Source: the human T2T-CHM13v2.0 reference genome, Homo sapiens
Strand: one strand, 5' to 3'
Assembly (NCBI RefSeq): GCF_009914755.1
Contig: NC_060930.1
Length of the DNA: 64,000 nucleotides
Positions 17,157 through 31,225 of the stretch are shown in pieces; within the stretch, counting starts at the first letter, position 1, and each line of letters starts with the position of its first letter. A model generated the notes under the pieces. That model was not told the origin of the DNA. It made no database searches and saw nothing but the letters and a program-made list of their open reading frames with translations. A program made the translations under genes and the position numbers.

Positions 17157-17413
17157 TAGGCTGGAGTGCAGTGGCACAATCTCAGCTCACTCCAGCCTCT
17201 TTGACCTACCAGGTTCAAGTGATCCTCTTGCCTCAGCCCCCCAAAGCTGGGACTACAGACATGCCACTATGCCTGGCTAATTTTTGTAATTTTTGTAGAG
17301 ACAGGATTTCACCGTGTTGCCTAGGTTGGTCTTAAACTCTTGAGCTCGAGTGATCCACCTGCCTTTGCCTCCCAAAGTGTTAGGATTATAGGTGTGAGCC
17401 ACTGTGCCCAGCC
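17157..17413 (-). mobile_element. AluJ lacking its 3' end and tail
   Basis: aggctggagtgcagtggcacaatc...ccactgtgcccagcc. Confidence 0.85.
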
Positions 17414-18857
17414 TGATTCTTTCTTAACACAGCTATATTGTCTTTTATATCCCAAATCTTTTTTTTCACTTTTTTTTTTGATTTCAACCTTCTTTTGGAT
17501 CTAATTGAGTTTCTTTGCAATTTGTATTTTAAATTCTTTAAATATCATCTCAGATGTTTCAATCTGATTAGGATCCATTGCTAGGGAGCTAATGAGATCC
17601 TTTGGAGGTGACAAAACACTCTGGCTTTTTGTACTGACAGAGTTCTAGCACTGATTCTTTCTAATCTGAGGGAGCTGTCTTCTTCTTTTTCTTTTTTTTG
17701 GATTTTCTATCTTTTGGATGGGGCTTTAATTTTTTTGTTCTTTTCTCCCTTGAGGGTATGACTATGTTGTATGTTGTGTATGTGTGTATGGTTGATTGGC
17801 TTTTTTTTTTTTTGGTTGCTTTCATGGGGCCAAGGCTCTGTGTGGGTTCCTTGGTTGTGAATACTTTCTGTTCAATATCTTTCTCAGATGCTGCTTGTTA
17901 TGAGGATGTATTTTCATTTGGTGATGCAGTTTAGGCTGCAGTCCCGTAGATGGCACTTAAGATTAAGAGCTGTCAGATAGTCTGGTGCCCATTGGATGCA
18001 CCTGCCCTGATTAGGGTAGCAGGAAGAGATCGTGATGGGGTGCCTTGAAAGTCTCAGAGGAAGGGGCAGGGGTGGGGGTGCACCAGCTCTTCACCCTAGA
18101 CTGGCAGTAATGCAGTTTGCTTCACTGTCACACTCCTGTCATGGGGTTCACAACCATCTGTTTTAAAGGCTTTGTCCTTTGGTTCCTGACCACAGTGTGG
18201 CTCTGTGCTATAGATCTGACTGTCTGACAGTTATCACTAGAATGGGGGTCAGAGCAGAGCTTTGACCCACAGTCTAGGGCAGGTAACTTCATGGTTTATC
18301 CTCCATTGCTGGGGTACTGCCACACCTTGTAGAGAGGGGGAGTTGAAACCCACCCTTCCTGAAAGCCTGAGCAGGCACAGCCTTGATTTTAGTGGGGGTG
18401 GAGCCACCAGAAAGGCATGAAAAGTGATTTTGTTTAGTTTCTGCTCATTTCCAGTGGGGTTGGAGCTGCCGGAAAAGTGAGAAAAGTGCTTTCTTTTAGC
18501 ACAAGCTCACTAGGCAGGGTGAGAAGATCCACTACTGTGTCTGCAACAGTGTACAGCAGATATTTAAAGATGACTCTTTCTCCACATCTGTTCCCAGATG
18601 TCAGTGGTGTCCCCTTCACTGTTTGGTGCTGTGTTTGTGTTTCCTTTATTTCAAGGGAGCCTTTGGTGGCTTGTGCTTCCCCTTGCTTAGGGGTGGCCTT
18701 TGCTGAAGATTAAATCTCCAGGGATCTACAACTCCCAGGGACCTACTGGTCTTCTGTGCTTGCCAAAGTCAGAGCAGATTGTAGGGTATGTTTGTGGGTG
18801 GTTTTGTGATGCCGTGGCTCAAGGATGGAGGATCTCTAGGCAGGACAATGACACCAA
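17414..18857 (-). mobile_element. L1 (L1PB/L1MA-type) ORF1 N-terminus and 5'UTR fragment
   Basis: ggatccattgctagggagcta..tcctttggaggtg..ctctggcttttt. Confidence 0.65.
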
Positions 18858-21430
18858 GGTTAAATTATTTAGATTTGTTGTGCGGAACAGAATGTAGTTT
18901 ATCTTGACAAATGTTATACGTTCACTTAAAAACAATATGTTGTGCTGTTTTCTGGGTGGCACATTCTATAACTTTCAATTATATCAAATTAGATGATAGT
19001 ATTGTTCAATAATTTTATAACTAAGATTTTGTTTCTATTTGTTCCTCCTGTTATTTCACTAGGGGCAGAAATCTCAGCCTATATTTATGGATATATCTTT
19101 GCATTTCAGATTTTTGTCATGTATTTTGAGCTCCATTATTAGGTGATTAATGTTAAGGATAGTTATTTTTTGAAGAATTTCTTTAGCATTGTAACATGAC
19201 CTTCTTTGTCATAGTCTTTGTAATATTCTTTTTTCTGTGTTGCCTGATAACAATATAACCACTCTTATTTTCCTTTGATTTTTTTCAAATTTTTCCCATT
19301 TATTTTACCTCAAAACTATTTACGTCTTTATATTTAACATGGGTTTCTTATAGTCAGCATGTAAATTATCTTACTCTCTTATTCAATTTTATAATCTCTG
19401 CTTTTAAAATGGAGTATTTAGACCATTTACTTGTAGTGTAATTATTGACAAAGTCTTGTTTAAATGTACCATCATGCTCCTTGTTTTCTACTTATCTCTA
19501 CTTATTTTTTATTCATTTTATTTTTTGGCTTTTTTGGATTATTTTTTATAATTTCATTTTGTGTCCTTTTTTGGTAATCATAACTCTTTGTTTTGACATT
19601 TAAGTGATTCTTTTAGGGTTTAGTATACATTTTGTGCTATTAATGTCATACATTTTACTTTATATATGTGATAAATCCCATAATACATTGTTATTGTTTG
19701 GCTTTAAGCAATTAATTGTCTTTTAAACAGATTTAAGTTATAAGAATAAACTCTTTATATTTACCCATGTACTTATCATTTCCATTGTTCTTTATTCCTT
19801 TGTGTAGGTCTAGGTTTCTGTGTGGTATCATTTTTCTTCTATTTGAAAGACTTCCTTTAGTATTTATTGTAATTTAGTTTTGCTGTTAATGAATTCTTTC
19901 ATCTTTTGTGGGTGTGAACAAATCCTTGTTTCACCTTTGTTTTTGAAAGCTTTTTTTAGGTTAGAGAACTCTAAGTTGTTTTTTCTTTTAGTACTTCAGA
20001 AGTGTTGCTCTATTGTCTTCCTGCTTTAATTGTTTACAAGGAATCTTTTACTGTCCATATTTTAGTCCTGTGTGTAATATCTCTTTTTCTCCAAGTGCTT
20101 CTAAGATTTGTATTTTTATCACTGGCTTCACGTAATTGGTTTATTATGTGCCATGGTATAGTCATATATATGTTTGTACTTGGGCTTTGTTAAGCTCTGT
20201 GTATATGTGAGTATACGGATTTTATCAAATTTGTAAAGTTTTAGCCACTATTTTTTCAAAAATTTTTTTGTCTTCCCTTTAAGGGACTCCAATTGCTCAT
20301 ATATTTGGTCAATTAAAATTATCTCACATTTCACTAATGCTCTACTGTTTTTTTGCAAGTCTTTTCTTCTCTGTGTGTTTCATTTTTATAGTTTCTATTA
20401 CTATGTCTTTAAGTTCACTAATCTTTTTTTCTGAAATGTCATCTGCCATTATTCTCAGCCTGTGTATTTTACAAAGCAAACATTATAATTTCTACTTCTG
20501 AACATATAAATGGGGTCTTTTTTATATCTTTTATTTAAAAAGTTCAACTTTTTCTCTACCTTTTGAATATATTGAATTCAGTTGTAATGACTTTTTTAAT
20601 GCCATCTGTGTCATACTTGTGTTAATTTTTATTGGTTGACTTTTTTCTCTTTATTATAGGTTGTATTTTCCTTCTTCTTTGCATACTTTATAATTTTTAT
20701 GGGTGCCAGCCATTGTAAATTTTGCCCTGTTGATTGCTGAATGTTGTTGAATTTTAAAAATATTCTAGAGCTTTGTATTTGAATGTGGTTAAGTTACTTC
20801 AAACTAGTTTAATGTTTTAGGGTCTTGCTTTTAAGCTTTGTTAGGTAGAACAAAGCTATTATTTGTTCCCATTCTTGAGGTAATACCCATCTTAATTCTT
20901 TAACTGATGCCCATGAATTATGAGGATTTACATTTTGATTATTGGGGATAGGCATGATTCCTGGCCATGTGTTATTCCTGGGTGCTGTTTCTTCTTATTC
21001 TTCTGAGTGGCCCTTTCCTGGCCTTGGGTAGTTTTCTCACACACAGGCACTCTTTGGTGCTTAACCAAATACTCAGTGGGGAACACCTGCAGTTCTGTGG
21101 AGTTCTCTTCCTGTGTATCTCTCTCCTCTTCAGTGTTCTGCTCTGCAAACACCAGGAATCTTGTCTTCCCTGGGCTCCCAACTCTGTCTCTTCAACTCAG
21201 GGAGTTCACTGGGCTCTGCCTGGATTCCCGTCTTTGCATCACAACCTGGAAACTACCTCTAGGAAATAAGCTGGGGCAATCATAGGTATGAGTCAATTCA
21301 TCTTTTTCAAACCCAACCCCTCATTTCCAATGTGTTCAAAACCATAATTTTACATATTTTGTTTGGTACTTTGGTTGTTTGTAATAAGAGTGTAAATTTG
21401 GTCCCTGTTATTATATCTTGGCTGAAAGCC
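18858..21430 (-). mobile_element. Old L1M (L1MC/MD/ME) ORF1-ORF2 junction and 5' fragment
   Basis: T-rich antisense L1 text (tttagaccatttacttgtagtgtaattattga...). Confidence 0.7.
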
Positions 21431-21694
21431 TTGTTTTTCTCCTTATTGTTTTTTTAATGCTAAAAACTTATTTTTGTGTGTGTTGAGCACTCCTCATGTA
21501 ATTAGGGTTACTGATGTTTAGTTAAGTCTGCAAGTCTGCCTTCCCTCCTCAATCATTACCTCTAAGGACACAAAACCTTTATTGTTTGCCTTCATATTTT
21601 CAAAGTTAATATAGCAGTGCTTAACGCATAGAAATTTAATGCTTCTTGAACTAATAAAATTAAAATAGGGGTAAGCTTATGCTTCTGTGATGTG

Positions 21695-21975
21695 GTATAT
21701 TAGTATATATACTAATATTTACATTTTATATCTATACTAATTATATATACAAAATATATATATAATTACATATATAGTATATAAATTATATATTATATAT
21801 ATAATATATAAATTATATAATATATATAATATATAATTGCATATATAATATATAGATATATAATTACATTAGTATATATACTAATATTTATATTACATTT
21901 ATATATAATATAAAATACATTTTATATTATATATACATGGGTGTGTATATATATGAATATATGTGTGTATGTGTA
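21695..21975. repeat. AT-rich (TA)n low-complexity tract
   Basis: Direct inspection. Confidence 0.9.
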
Positions 21976-23563
21976 TTTTTCTTACATTGCATTTATAGTT
22001 CTGTAATTCTTTTGTGTGTATAGCCAAGAAATGCTTAGTGAATTTTTTTTTTTTTTGCAGCAAATAAAGGTTAATTAGGTTTTACTTTAGCAAAATGAAC
22101 AATAAGATTGATGCTTAAAATGTAAACGTGTTACCCGTTCAGGCTTTACTCACTCCGAATATTAATAAGTATGTAAGTATGATTGTTGAATATTTACAAA
22201 GAAATACTAATTCCAATACCCAGAAAGGAAAAATCAATAATAAATGTTAAAGTTAAATGTCTCAGGTTTAATTTCTTATAATTTTATTTAAAAAATAAAA
22301 TTGTATTTTTCAATTGCATTGCAAAACAAATGTGTAGAAATATATATCTGTGCCTGTCGCTGTCACATTGGAAAGTATTTTAGAACAGTTTTGTCTGCTC
22401 CTCCCAGCCTCATTCAGAGTTCCAAGGGAGTAAGGCCTGAGAGAGAGCAGATATTTCTCTAGTGAGCATGAAATTTGGTAACCTTAGGCCTGACCTTTAA
22501 TCTGCTAAAGCAGAGAGACAGAGGCATTTCTCTGGGACACTGGAGAGGATATAACCATTAAAGTTAACAGTGAATGAACTCATTCCATTACTTTTAATAA
22601 CATTATATCTGTGTTTGTGTGCTCAATGTAATGATAACTTAGCGAAGGAGAATTAATTCCACATATTATCTACATAAAGGATAATGAGGGAAATCAGTTT
22701 CCTCTAAGGAAGTTTCATTAAATTTGGGTATAAGCCAATCTACTTTAGATTGGTCCCTGGCTCTTGGATGACTTTCAAGCCTTGAGGCTCCTAGAGAACG
22801 AACAAGGCCATGTTTGAATGTCAGGGAAACAGACGCAGAAGGTTTCAGAGGACCTTTGTCACTGAAATTCCCTTTCCTTCTGGAAAAGCAAACTGCTAGT
22901 TTGTTGACCATCAGGTACAAAATATATTTTTTTTCTATAAACCAACATTGTATCTGCTGAGATAGTTTTAATTCATGTGATTTGTGACTAAACTATTTGA
23001 TTTGTGGGTCTGATGGCTCCTTGAGGTATTTCAAGTAATAAAAACAACAAACAAGCTAATAGTGAATTAGTAAATATTCAGTATCATTTTGTATTTTTAT
23101 GTTGTTTTTTTTTAACACAGGAAATATTTTCTTTTTTTTAACACAGGAAGGTTAAAGCAATGTCTTCCAAGTTAAATGCCTGCTTTGAAAATCAGTCCTT
23201 GTTAAATTAGTGTTACTAAGTATTGACATATATAATGCTAGTGATCCTTGCAGTGAAATTTAGAACATACAATTTTCTTGTGGGTTTAGAATGTAATTAA
23301 TTTTGCAAGTTTTTAACTGAGCAAACAGTTTGATGTCTCAAAGACAACAAGGCAAATTCACTAAAATATGCTTATTTTAAATTGAAAACAAAATTTTATC
23401 AGAGGTAAACTGCACTTAAATTGCTTTATCCGAAAAATGTTAGTGATCCTTAAAATATTTCTATGTACATGTAGCAGTCTTATGTACTAATACATTAGCG
23501 ACTCAAACTAGATGGGGAAGAGCAATTCTAAAATAATAAGCATGTTAAATTACAGAATTTAAC

Positions 23564-23878
23564 TGTTGCAACAGACTGAATTTTGTGTCCCCCAGGAATT
23601 CATATGTTGAAATCCTAACCCCCAAGGTTATGTATTAGGAGGTGGAACCTATGGGCATAGGATTAGAGCTATTATGAAAGAGGCCCCGAAGGGCTGCTTT
23701 GTCCCTTCCATCATGTGAGGACACAGCTATAAGACACTGTCTATAAACCGGAAAGTTGGCCCTCACCAGACACTGAATCTGCTGGCGCCTTGATAGTGGA
23801 TTTTCCAGCCACCAGAACTCTGACAAATAAATAACTGTTGTTTACCTGTCACCCACTTTACAATATTTTGTTAAGACA
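23564..23878 (+). mobile_element. MLT1A-type MaLR solo LTR
   Basis: tgtt..gactgaatt..ttcatatgttgaaatcctaacccc..ccctcaccagacactgaatctgctgg..taagaca. Confidence 0.85.
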
Positions 23879-24709
23879 ATGGTAATGCAGTTTATTGCTT
23901 ATAAACTATTAATAATAATAACTATAAATCAATGTCAGTTACAGAGCTAGTGCCTAGAGGAATTACCTATAAATTAAAATAATAAAATCAAAGAGTTGTG
24001 GAAACCACTGAAACAAATCAGTGTCGAAAGGATCTTGTTATTAGGTTGGACACTTTACTAAATGATACCAAAATAATTGAATGAACATTTAAATACTTCT
24101 TACCTTAAATTTTAAAAGAAGAAAAAAATTGTTGCTAATATATCCAAGGGTTTTGCAAAATTTTTAATCTCAAATGCTTATTTGTCATTTATATTTGGTT
24201 ATCAAATTAATCTATATACTCTATTAAGACGAACATACTTATCAAAGATAACCTTCAAATTTCACCTTGTCTGAATTTCTTCAAATTCCAGATCTGTAAA
24301 GCCCATATGAATAAAGTCTTGCTGTATTTTCAATTCCAGAATAAATAACACAGCAATGGAATGCAAGTTTTTGGGGGGACTTGAATTATTCACAAAACAA
24401 GTATTTGAATTAATCCTGTATGTAGATTTTAAATTTATAATTATTTCTGTGCTTAGTGACTTACAGATTTTTGGGATAATAGAGAATTTATTAATAGAAC
24501 TTTAGGAAAATGAACAAATGTGGGGAATGACATGCTATGACTAGAAGAGGATTTTGGCCCAGTAAAAAAGAATTATTGATTGATGGCAAAAAGAGTGTAT
24601 TACCTTTCACATTGCAATTGTATGGCAGAAGGCAGTCAAATGGGAACTAGAACAAGTATATCAACTATTTTTATATATACTTTATCTTTTAAGAATAATA
24701 TAAAAATAA

Positions 24710-25057
<348 letters not shown>

Positions 25058-25435
25058 TTAGACAAAAGTAACTATTATAGATTACCTAAAGGATGCAAAA
25101 ACCATCTTTTCCATGTGCTATTCAGTGTACAGTACTGTCCTTGATTTTTCTTAAAAATCATCTTAAGCACTATCATTATCAATAACTTCTAAGTGAGTAG
25201 AAGTAGGTCTTTTATTGCTAGAGAATTTACTGTGGGCTAACTCTGTCTAAATTATGGGGTTATAAATCTATGAGTGCTTAGGAGGAAGCGGAAATTTATG
25301 TTTATCACCATGAACTCACAACATGTTTACCATCAGCACTGAGATATTATATACTTCTCCTGGGGAAGGCCCTGGGATGAGCCTTTGTAGGACAATGGTA
25401 ATGATGATGATCGCAATGAAAGTTATGGGCAGTTC

Positions 25436-26610
25436 CTACTCATTCAATAAACATTTATTGAATGTTTACTGAATGTAACCTACTATGTACCAGGCATACT
25501 ATTTATGTTCTGGCTATAAAGGTGGGAATTCCCATACTGTGCACATTCTAATGAGGAGGTACAGAAACCATGGGTGAGTAAGTATATCTATTGTATATCA
25601 GATAATGATAAAAGCTGTAGAGAAAAAAGAAGGTGAATGAGAAATGCCGAGGGGTGATTTTTTACACAGGACAATTAGGAAAGGCCTCCCTTATCATGTG
25701 ATGTATGAGATCTGCTTTGTTTACAAAGTGAGGAAGAAAGCCATGAGGAAATCTGGGAGAAGACATTTTCACACAGAAAAAAGAGCCAGCACAAAGCTAC
25801 TGAGAATAGAAGGCTTGGCTTGTCAGAAGAACAGCAAGAGGGCCAGTGCAATTGGGAGGGTGAATGAAGGGAGATGAGGTCAGAAAATCCAGGAGAAGGG
25901 GTGGGAGGGTCAGATTATAAGACCTCATGGGTCACTGAGAAAACTTTGGCTTTTTGAGCAGATTTATGACAAGGTCAGAATTAGCTTTTAGCAGCCTCAC
26001 CTTGCCTCCTGTGTAGAGAACTGATCCTATTGAGGCTAACTGGAAGGCTTTCAATAACCTAGGATAGAGTTGATGAGAGGCTAACAGTGATCAAGAAGAA
26101 GAGAAGCAGAATTCTGAAGTAAAAGCCAGTAGGGTTTGCTGATGGATTGGATATGTGGTGTGAGAGAAAGCAAAATGTCAAGGATAAATCCAAGGTCTTT
26201 TGGCCTGTGCAGCTGAGGGGATAGAGTTGCTGTGTACTCATATAATGATAGGAAAGATGATAAGGAGTTTGGTTAATAGGCATGCTAAGTTTAAAATACT
26301 TATTAAACATCTGCCAAAAGATGTCAAGGCAGATGAAAGAAATGAGGGAGGATCATCAGTATATCAATGTTCATTTAAAGATATCAGACGATATTACCTA
26401 CGGAGTGAGTGAAGACAGAGAATTATGTCAATTGAGCCCTGGCCACTCTAACATATCAGAGTTTCTGGGGAGATAAGGGAGAGTCAGCCTTGGAGAGGGA
26501 ACAGGAGTGGCCAGTGAGGGAGGACAGTCTTGAATGATGGTGACCCTGAAGCCAAGTGAATAAAACATCTCAAGAAAGGGCAAGTGATCAACAAAGTCCT
26601 GGCTTGTCGG
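25436..26610 (-). mobile_element. L2 LINE 3' portion
   Basis: cattcaataaacatttattg..cctactatgtaccaggc, followed by a purine-rich body. Confidence 0.85.
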
Positions 26611-27380
26611 AGCTCTGGCCACATCCTATATGAAGGGTTTCTATGTAGCTAAAGCAGTGTTCCGTATCCTCTTAGCAGCATCATGCAGTCAGGAGTCCCT
26701 TAAAGAAATGGCTAGAGGAAGAATCAGTTAGGAATCCAGCCTTAAATACAGTCTCCAAGGAATGTAAGGTACAGACCTTGACGAACTCTTATCCTCTCTT
26801 CATGCAGTGGTATGCAGGACTCTATTTTGATCAATCCTCATATCTTGAGTGCCTCTGATTTTGTTAATGAGAGCCAACTTCTACATCTATCATACGAATT
26901 AACAGAATCTTGTTATCAAGGGGGAAAATGGTTTCTGACATCTAGTATGCAAATTAGCAAAACGTCTGTTGCAGATGACGATATCGGCGGGTGGAGAAAA
27001 TGCAGTAGTTACTCCCAGAGTGTGGCCCTTATGGTTAGAATGGGAACTGACTATCCTTGGACTGTGCATTCTTAACAGCATTTTACCTGCTCATGCCTAG
27101 AATTAAAACTTAAAATGTTTGACATTGAACCTGTTATAATGCTGATAACCTGATGTACTTTAATGAAAATTATAGACATTATTCTATTAACCTGTCTCAA
27201 TAGAGGAACAAGAAAGTTTCCATGGCTGTGAAGAGGAAACGCTGGGATTTAAACCTAGATATGGCTAAATTAAAGCCCATGGTTTCCATATGAGGCTATA
27301 TGGTTCCATCCTTAATATAGAGTTCCTGAATTTCAGAACCTATGCTCAAAATAGGCAGGCAAGTTGTGGATATGACCAAT

Positions 27381-28673
27381 TGATATGGTTTGGTTTGTGC
27401 CCCCACCCAAATCTCACCTTGAATTGTAATAATCTCCACATGTCAAGGGCAGGGTCAGGTGGAGATAATTGAATCATGGGGGCGGTTTCCACCATGCTGC
27501 TGTTCTCATATTAGTGAGTGAGTTCTCCCAAGATATGATGGTTTTATAAGGGGTCTTTCCCCCTTTGCTTGGCACTTTTCACTCCTGCTTCCATGTGAAG
27601 AAGGATGTGTTTGCTTCCCCTTCTGCCATGATTGTAAGTTTCCTGAGGCCTCACAGCCTGGTGGAACTGTGAGCCATTTCTTTCCTTTTTAAATTACCCA
27701 GTTTTGAGTATTTCTTCATACTGGAGCTGTGGAGCTGTGAGAAGAGGGCTATTGTCCTCCAGATTCCAAAATGGTAGATCCACCAATAGCTTGCACTATG
27801 CACCTGGAAAAGCCACAGACACTCAATGCCAACTGTGAAAGTAGCTGGGGCAAGGGGCTGTACCCTGCAAAGCCACAGGGATAGAGTTGCCCAAGAGTGA
27901 GCCCATCTGTTGCATCAATGGGAGCCCACCTCTTGCAATGTGACCTGCATGTATGCAAATGGAGTCAAAGGAGATCATTTTGATACTTTAAGGTTTAATG
28001 AATGCCCTATTAGATTTCACATTTTCATGGGTCCTGTAGCCCCTTTGTTTTGGCCAATTTCTCCCGTTTGGAATGGGTGCATTTACCCAATGCCTGTACC
28101 TTCACTGTATCTAGGAAGTCACTAACTTGCTTTTGATTTTACAGGCTCATAGGTGGAAGGAACCTGCCTTGTCTCAGATGAGACCTTGAACTTGGACTTT
28201 TGAGTTAAGGCTGGAATGAGTTAAGAATTTTGGGGACTGTTGGGAAGGCATGATTGTGTTTTGAAATGTGAGGACATGAGATTTAGGAGGGGCCAGGGGC
28301 AAAATGGTGTGGTTTGGCTCTGTGTCCCCACCCAAGTCTCACCTTGAATTGTAATAATCTCCATGTGTCAAGGGCAGGACCAGGTGGAGATAACTGAATC
28401 ATGGGGGTAGTTTCTGTCATGCTGCTGTTCTCAGGATAGTGAGTGAGTTCTCCTGAGATCTGATGGTGTTATAAGGGGATTTTCTCCTTGCTTGCCACTT
28501 TTCTCCTGCTGCCACATGAAGAAGGACGTGCTTGCTTCCCCTTCTGCCATGATTGTAAGTTTCCTCAGGCCTGTCCAGCCCTGTGGAACTGTCGAGTCAA
28601 TTAAACCTCTTTCCTTTATAAATTACCTGGTCTTGGGTATTTCTTCATACCAGCATGAGAACAGACTAATACA
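27381..28673 (+). mobile_element. THE1C/D MaLR element, two LTRs with an internally deleted body
   Basis: 5' LTR 27381-27720, internal 3' part to ~28303 with polypurine tract, 3' LTR ending agactaataca; degenerate 5-bp TSD ccaat/ctaac. Confidence 0.9.
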
Positions 28674-29002
28674 CTAACCATCATACAAGGCATTATATGA
28701 AAACTCCTGTGTAGTCAGTATTTCTGCTGTTCAACTTTCTGGCTGGAATGTGCAATGAAGGCTTCAAGGAGGAGAAGGAACTTACATCAATTCTGAGAGA
28801 TAAATAGAACTACAAAGTGTAGAAAGAGGAATTGCATTTCGAGATCAGGGAAGAGAGTTCTGCACAGTGTTATTACTGTAGGAAATGACATAGCATGAAG
28901 GCTAAAATTCTTCATTTGCAATTAACTTCTCCACATTTTTGGTAAAATTTTGAATTATTTCTCATGGCATCAGGAAGAGACTTGATCTATCTGCTTCTTA
29001 AC

Positions 29003-29508
29003 TGTCTTAGTCAAGGTTTTCCAGAGAAATAAAACCAACAGTATACATTTAGAAGGAAGTTTATCATAAGGCATTGGCTCATGGAATTATGGTGGCTGAG
29101 AAGTCCCATGAGAAGTCTGCTGTCTGTAAGCTGGAGATCCAGTAAAGCTGATAATGTAGTTCAAAGTCCTGAGATCCAGAGAGCTGATGGTGTAGATTCT
29201 AGACTACACTATCTGGAGTCTGAAGGCCTGAAAACCAGGATTGCTGAGGGCAGGAGATGTCTCAACTCAAGCAGTCTGATAGAGAGTAAATTTAAACTTC
29301 CTTGGCCTTTTGGTTCTATTGAGGCCCACAGTGGATTGGGTGATGCCCACCCCCATTGGGGAGGGCAAATCCACTTTACTCAGTTTACTGATTCAAGTCA
29401 TAAACTGTTTTGGAAACACCATCACAGACACATCCAGAAATAATGTTTAAGCAGATATCTGGGCATCCCATGATCCAGTCAGTTTGACAGATAAAATTAA
29501 ATATCACA
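29003..29508 (-). mobile_element. MLT2B (ERVL) solo LTR
   Basis: tgtcttagtc..ttccagagaaa ... ccagtcagtttgacagataaaattaaatatcaca; TSD ttaac/ttaat. Confidence 0.88.
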
Positions 29509-31044
29509 TTAATTACTGACTTCCTTCTATCAAGGAAACACAGTGTCTCTTTCATTGTTACCCATGAGAAATTGGCCAGAGCTCTGGGAATTGAGTTGCT
29601 TCATTTATAACACTGGGATGTTCATACATTTCTCACAGGGATGTTCTGAGTATTAAATAAAATGGTGTATGTGACAGTGCTTTGTAAAGTGTGAATGCCA
29701 TATAGATATATCATAAAAGTCATTATCCAATGTCATCAAGTACAACAATGCTAGAGGAAAAGGCAGAAACAACAGTAAGTATTTCTTGCTTGTGGTCCCA
29801 TGACCTAGTTTGGCTGGAGGATCTTTTGTATGTTAATATAATAGCTTTGAAAAGATTTGAGCCCTGTCGTTCATGTCAGACATTTCTATCCATTTACAAA
29901 AGCATTGTTCTGTATCCAGCTCAGCCGCCAGCAGGCAGGGCAGAATGCAAAACAGTGATAGGACCCCAGAGCTGTTCTTGATTGACCCAATGTCTTCAAA
30001 AATAAAATAATCCAGCTCTATTAGGTTTCATTTCCTGCAAAACATGAAAGCTGATATGTTCTGGGCTCTCTTGCTATTATAAGGAAACAGTCAAATTGAA
30101 TAGTCTCTTTAGCCAACAACAGAACAATCCAGTAATTTCTGTTCCAGAAACCTGCCACTTAGAGGTAAAAGTCTCCCTTCTCAGCAAAGGGTAGTCTCTT
30201 TCTGGTGGCTTTCCAGCATGGCACCAGGTGCTTGATCTCCAGCATTCTGAACAGGGAACTCCTCCTTGGTTTTTAGGGAGGTGGATAGCAGCATGCTAGC
30301 ATGCTCTTTATTCAGCTTATTGATCTTTTAAAGGTCTCTAGGGAAGTTCCTTTGGTAGCTCAAAAACTTAATGTTCAGTTTAATCAGTTAAGAGGGTCTC
30401 AAAGCCATGATTAATCTTTAAAGGGAATTCACATGGTAACTGGTCTCACATTCTCTAAAAACCACAAACTTCAGTGCACCAGAAGGTCAAAGTCCAAACA
30501 ATATTTTATTTCTTCTTTTTCATTTTTCTTTGCTTTACGTATGTGGTATTAGCCTTTCGTATGTAATAACTAACTCATTTAGTTGGGATATTCTGTAAGA
30601 GACTAGTGGAATTTATTAGTGATGGATTGAATAATGGTAGACTAAAGTTATAATTATAGGTAGAGTGTACCCAAGGAGCTGGTAGACTTCAGGGTATACA
30701 AGTTCTGCTCTGTGCATACCATACCCAGCAAGCTACTCTGTGTCAGTTTAAGGATTTTCTCCATCAACCATGGACATTCTTATCCCAGGTTTTCTGCAAG
30801 TGCATTTTTTTCCCTTTCTGCCTTTCTCCAAGGCATGACAACCTTGTGTGTTTACTAGATCACAAATAATTCATGTCCTAGTTGAGCCATGTCAATCTCA
30901 GCCTAAGTCCACTAGTCAATGCCAAATGGCCATGGAAGGGATGTCAGAGGAAAGGGATATAAAGGAACTGGGTCACTTGGTAACCACATCCCATCTCCTC
31001 CTGTTGGTTACTGACAGCCTGTGGCTGCAACTTGCACTGAGATG

Positions 31045-31225
31045 CAATAGTGGAGTGCTTTTCAGCCTTTAATGTGCATGGAAACATCCAGGAATCTTGT
31101 TAATCTTCAAATTCTGCTTCAGTAGGTCTAGGGTGGGGCCTGAGATTTTGCATTTCTAACAAGATCTCTGGGGGTGCTGATGCTGCTGGGCCACAGGCCA
31201 CACTTTGATTAGTGAGCAGTTAGAG
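31045..31225. mobile_element. MER5A
   Basis: tcagtaggtctagggtggggcctgagattttgcatttctaacaag..gctgatgctgct. Confidence 0.85.

Noticed and set aside
23105-23149. Tandem ttttttttaacacaggaa resembling two splice acceptors 26 nt apart
   Set aside because: No convincing exon or donor follows. It overlaps the VFF/NTGN Tudor motif and is better explained as a local duplication or convergence in dead sequence.
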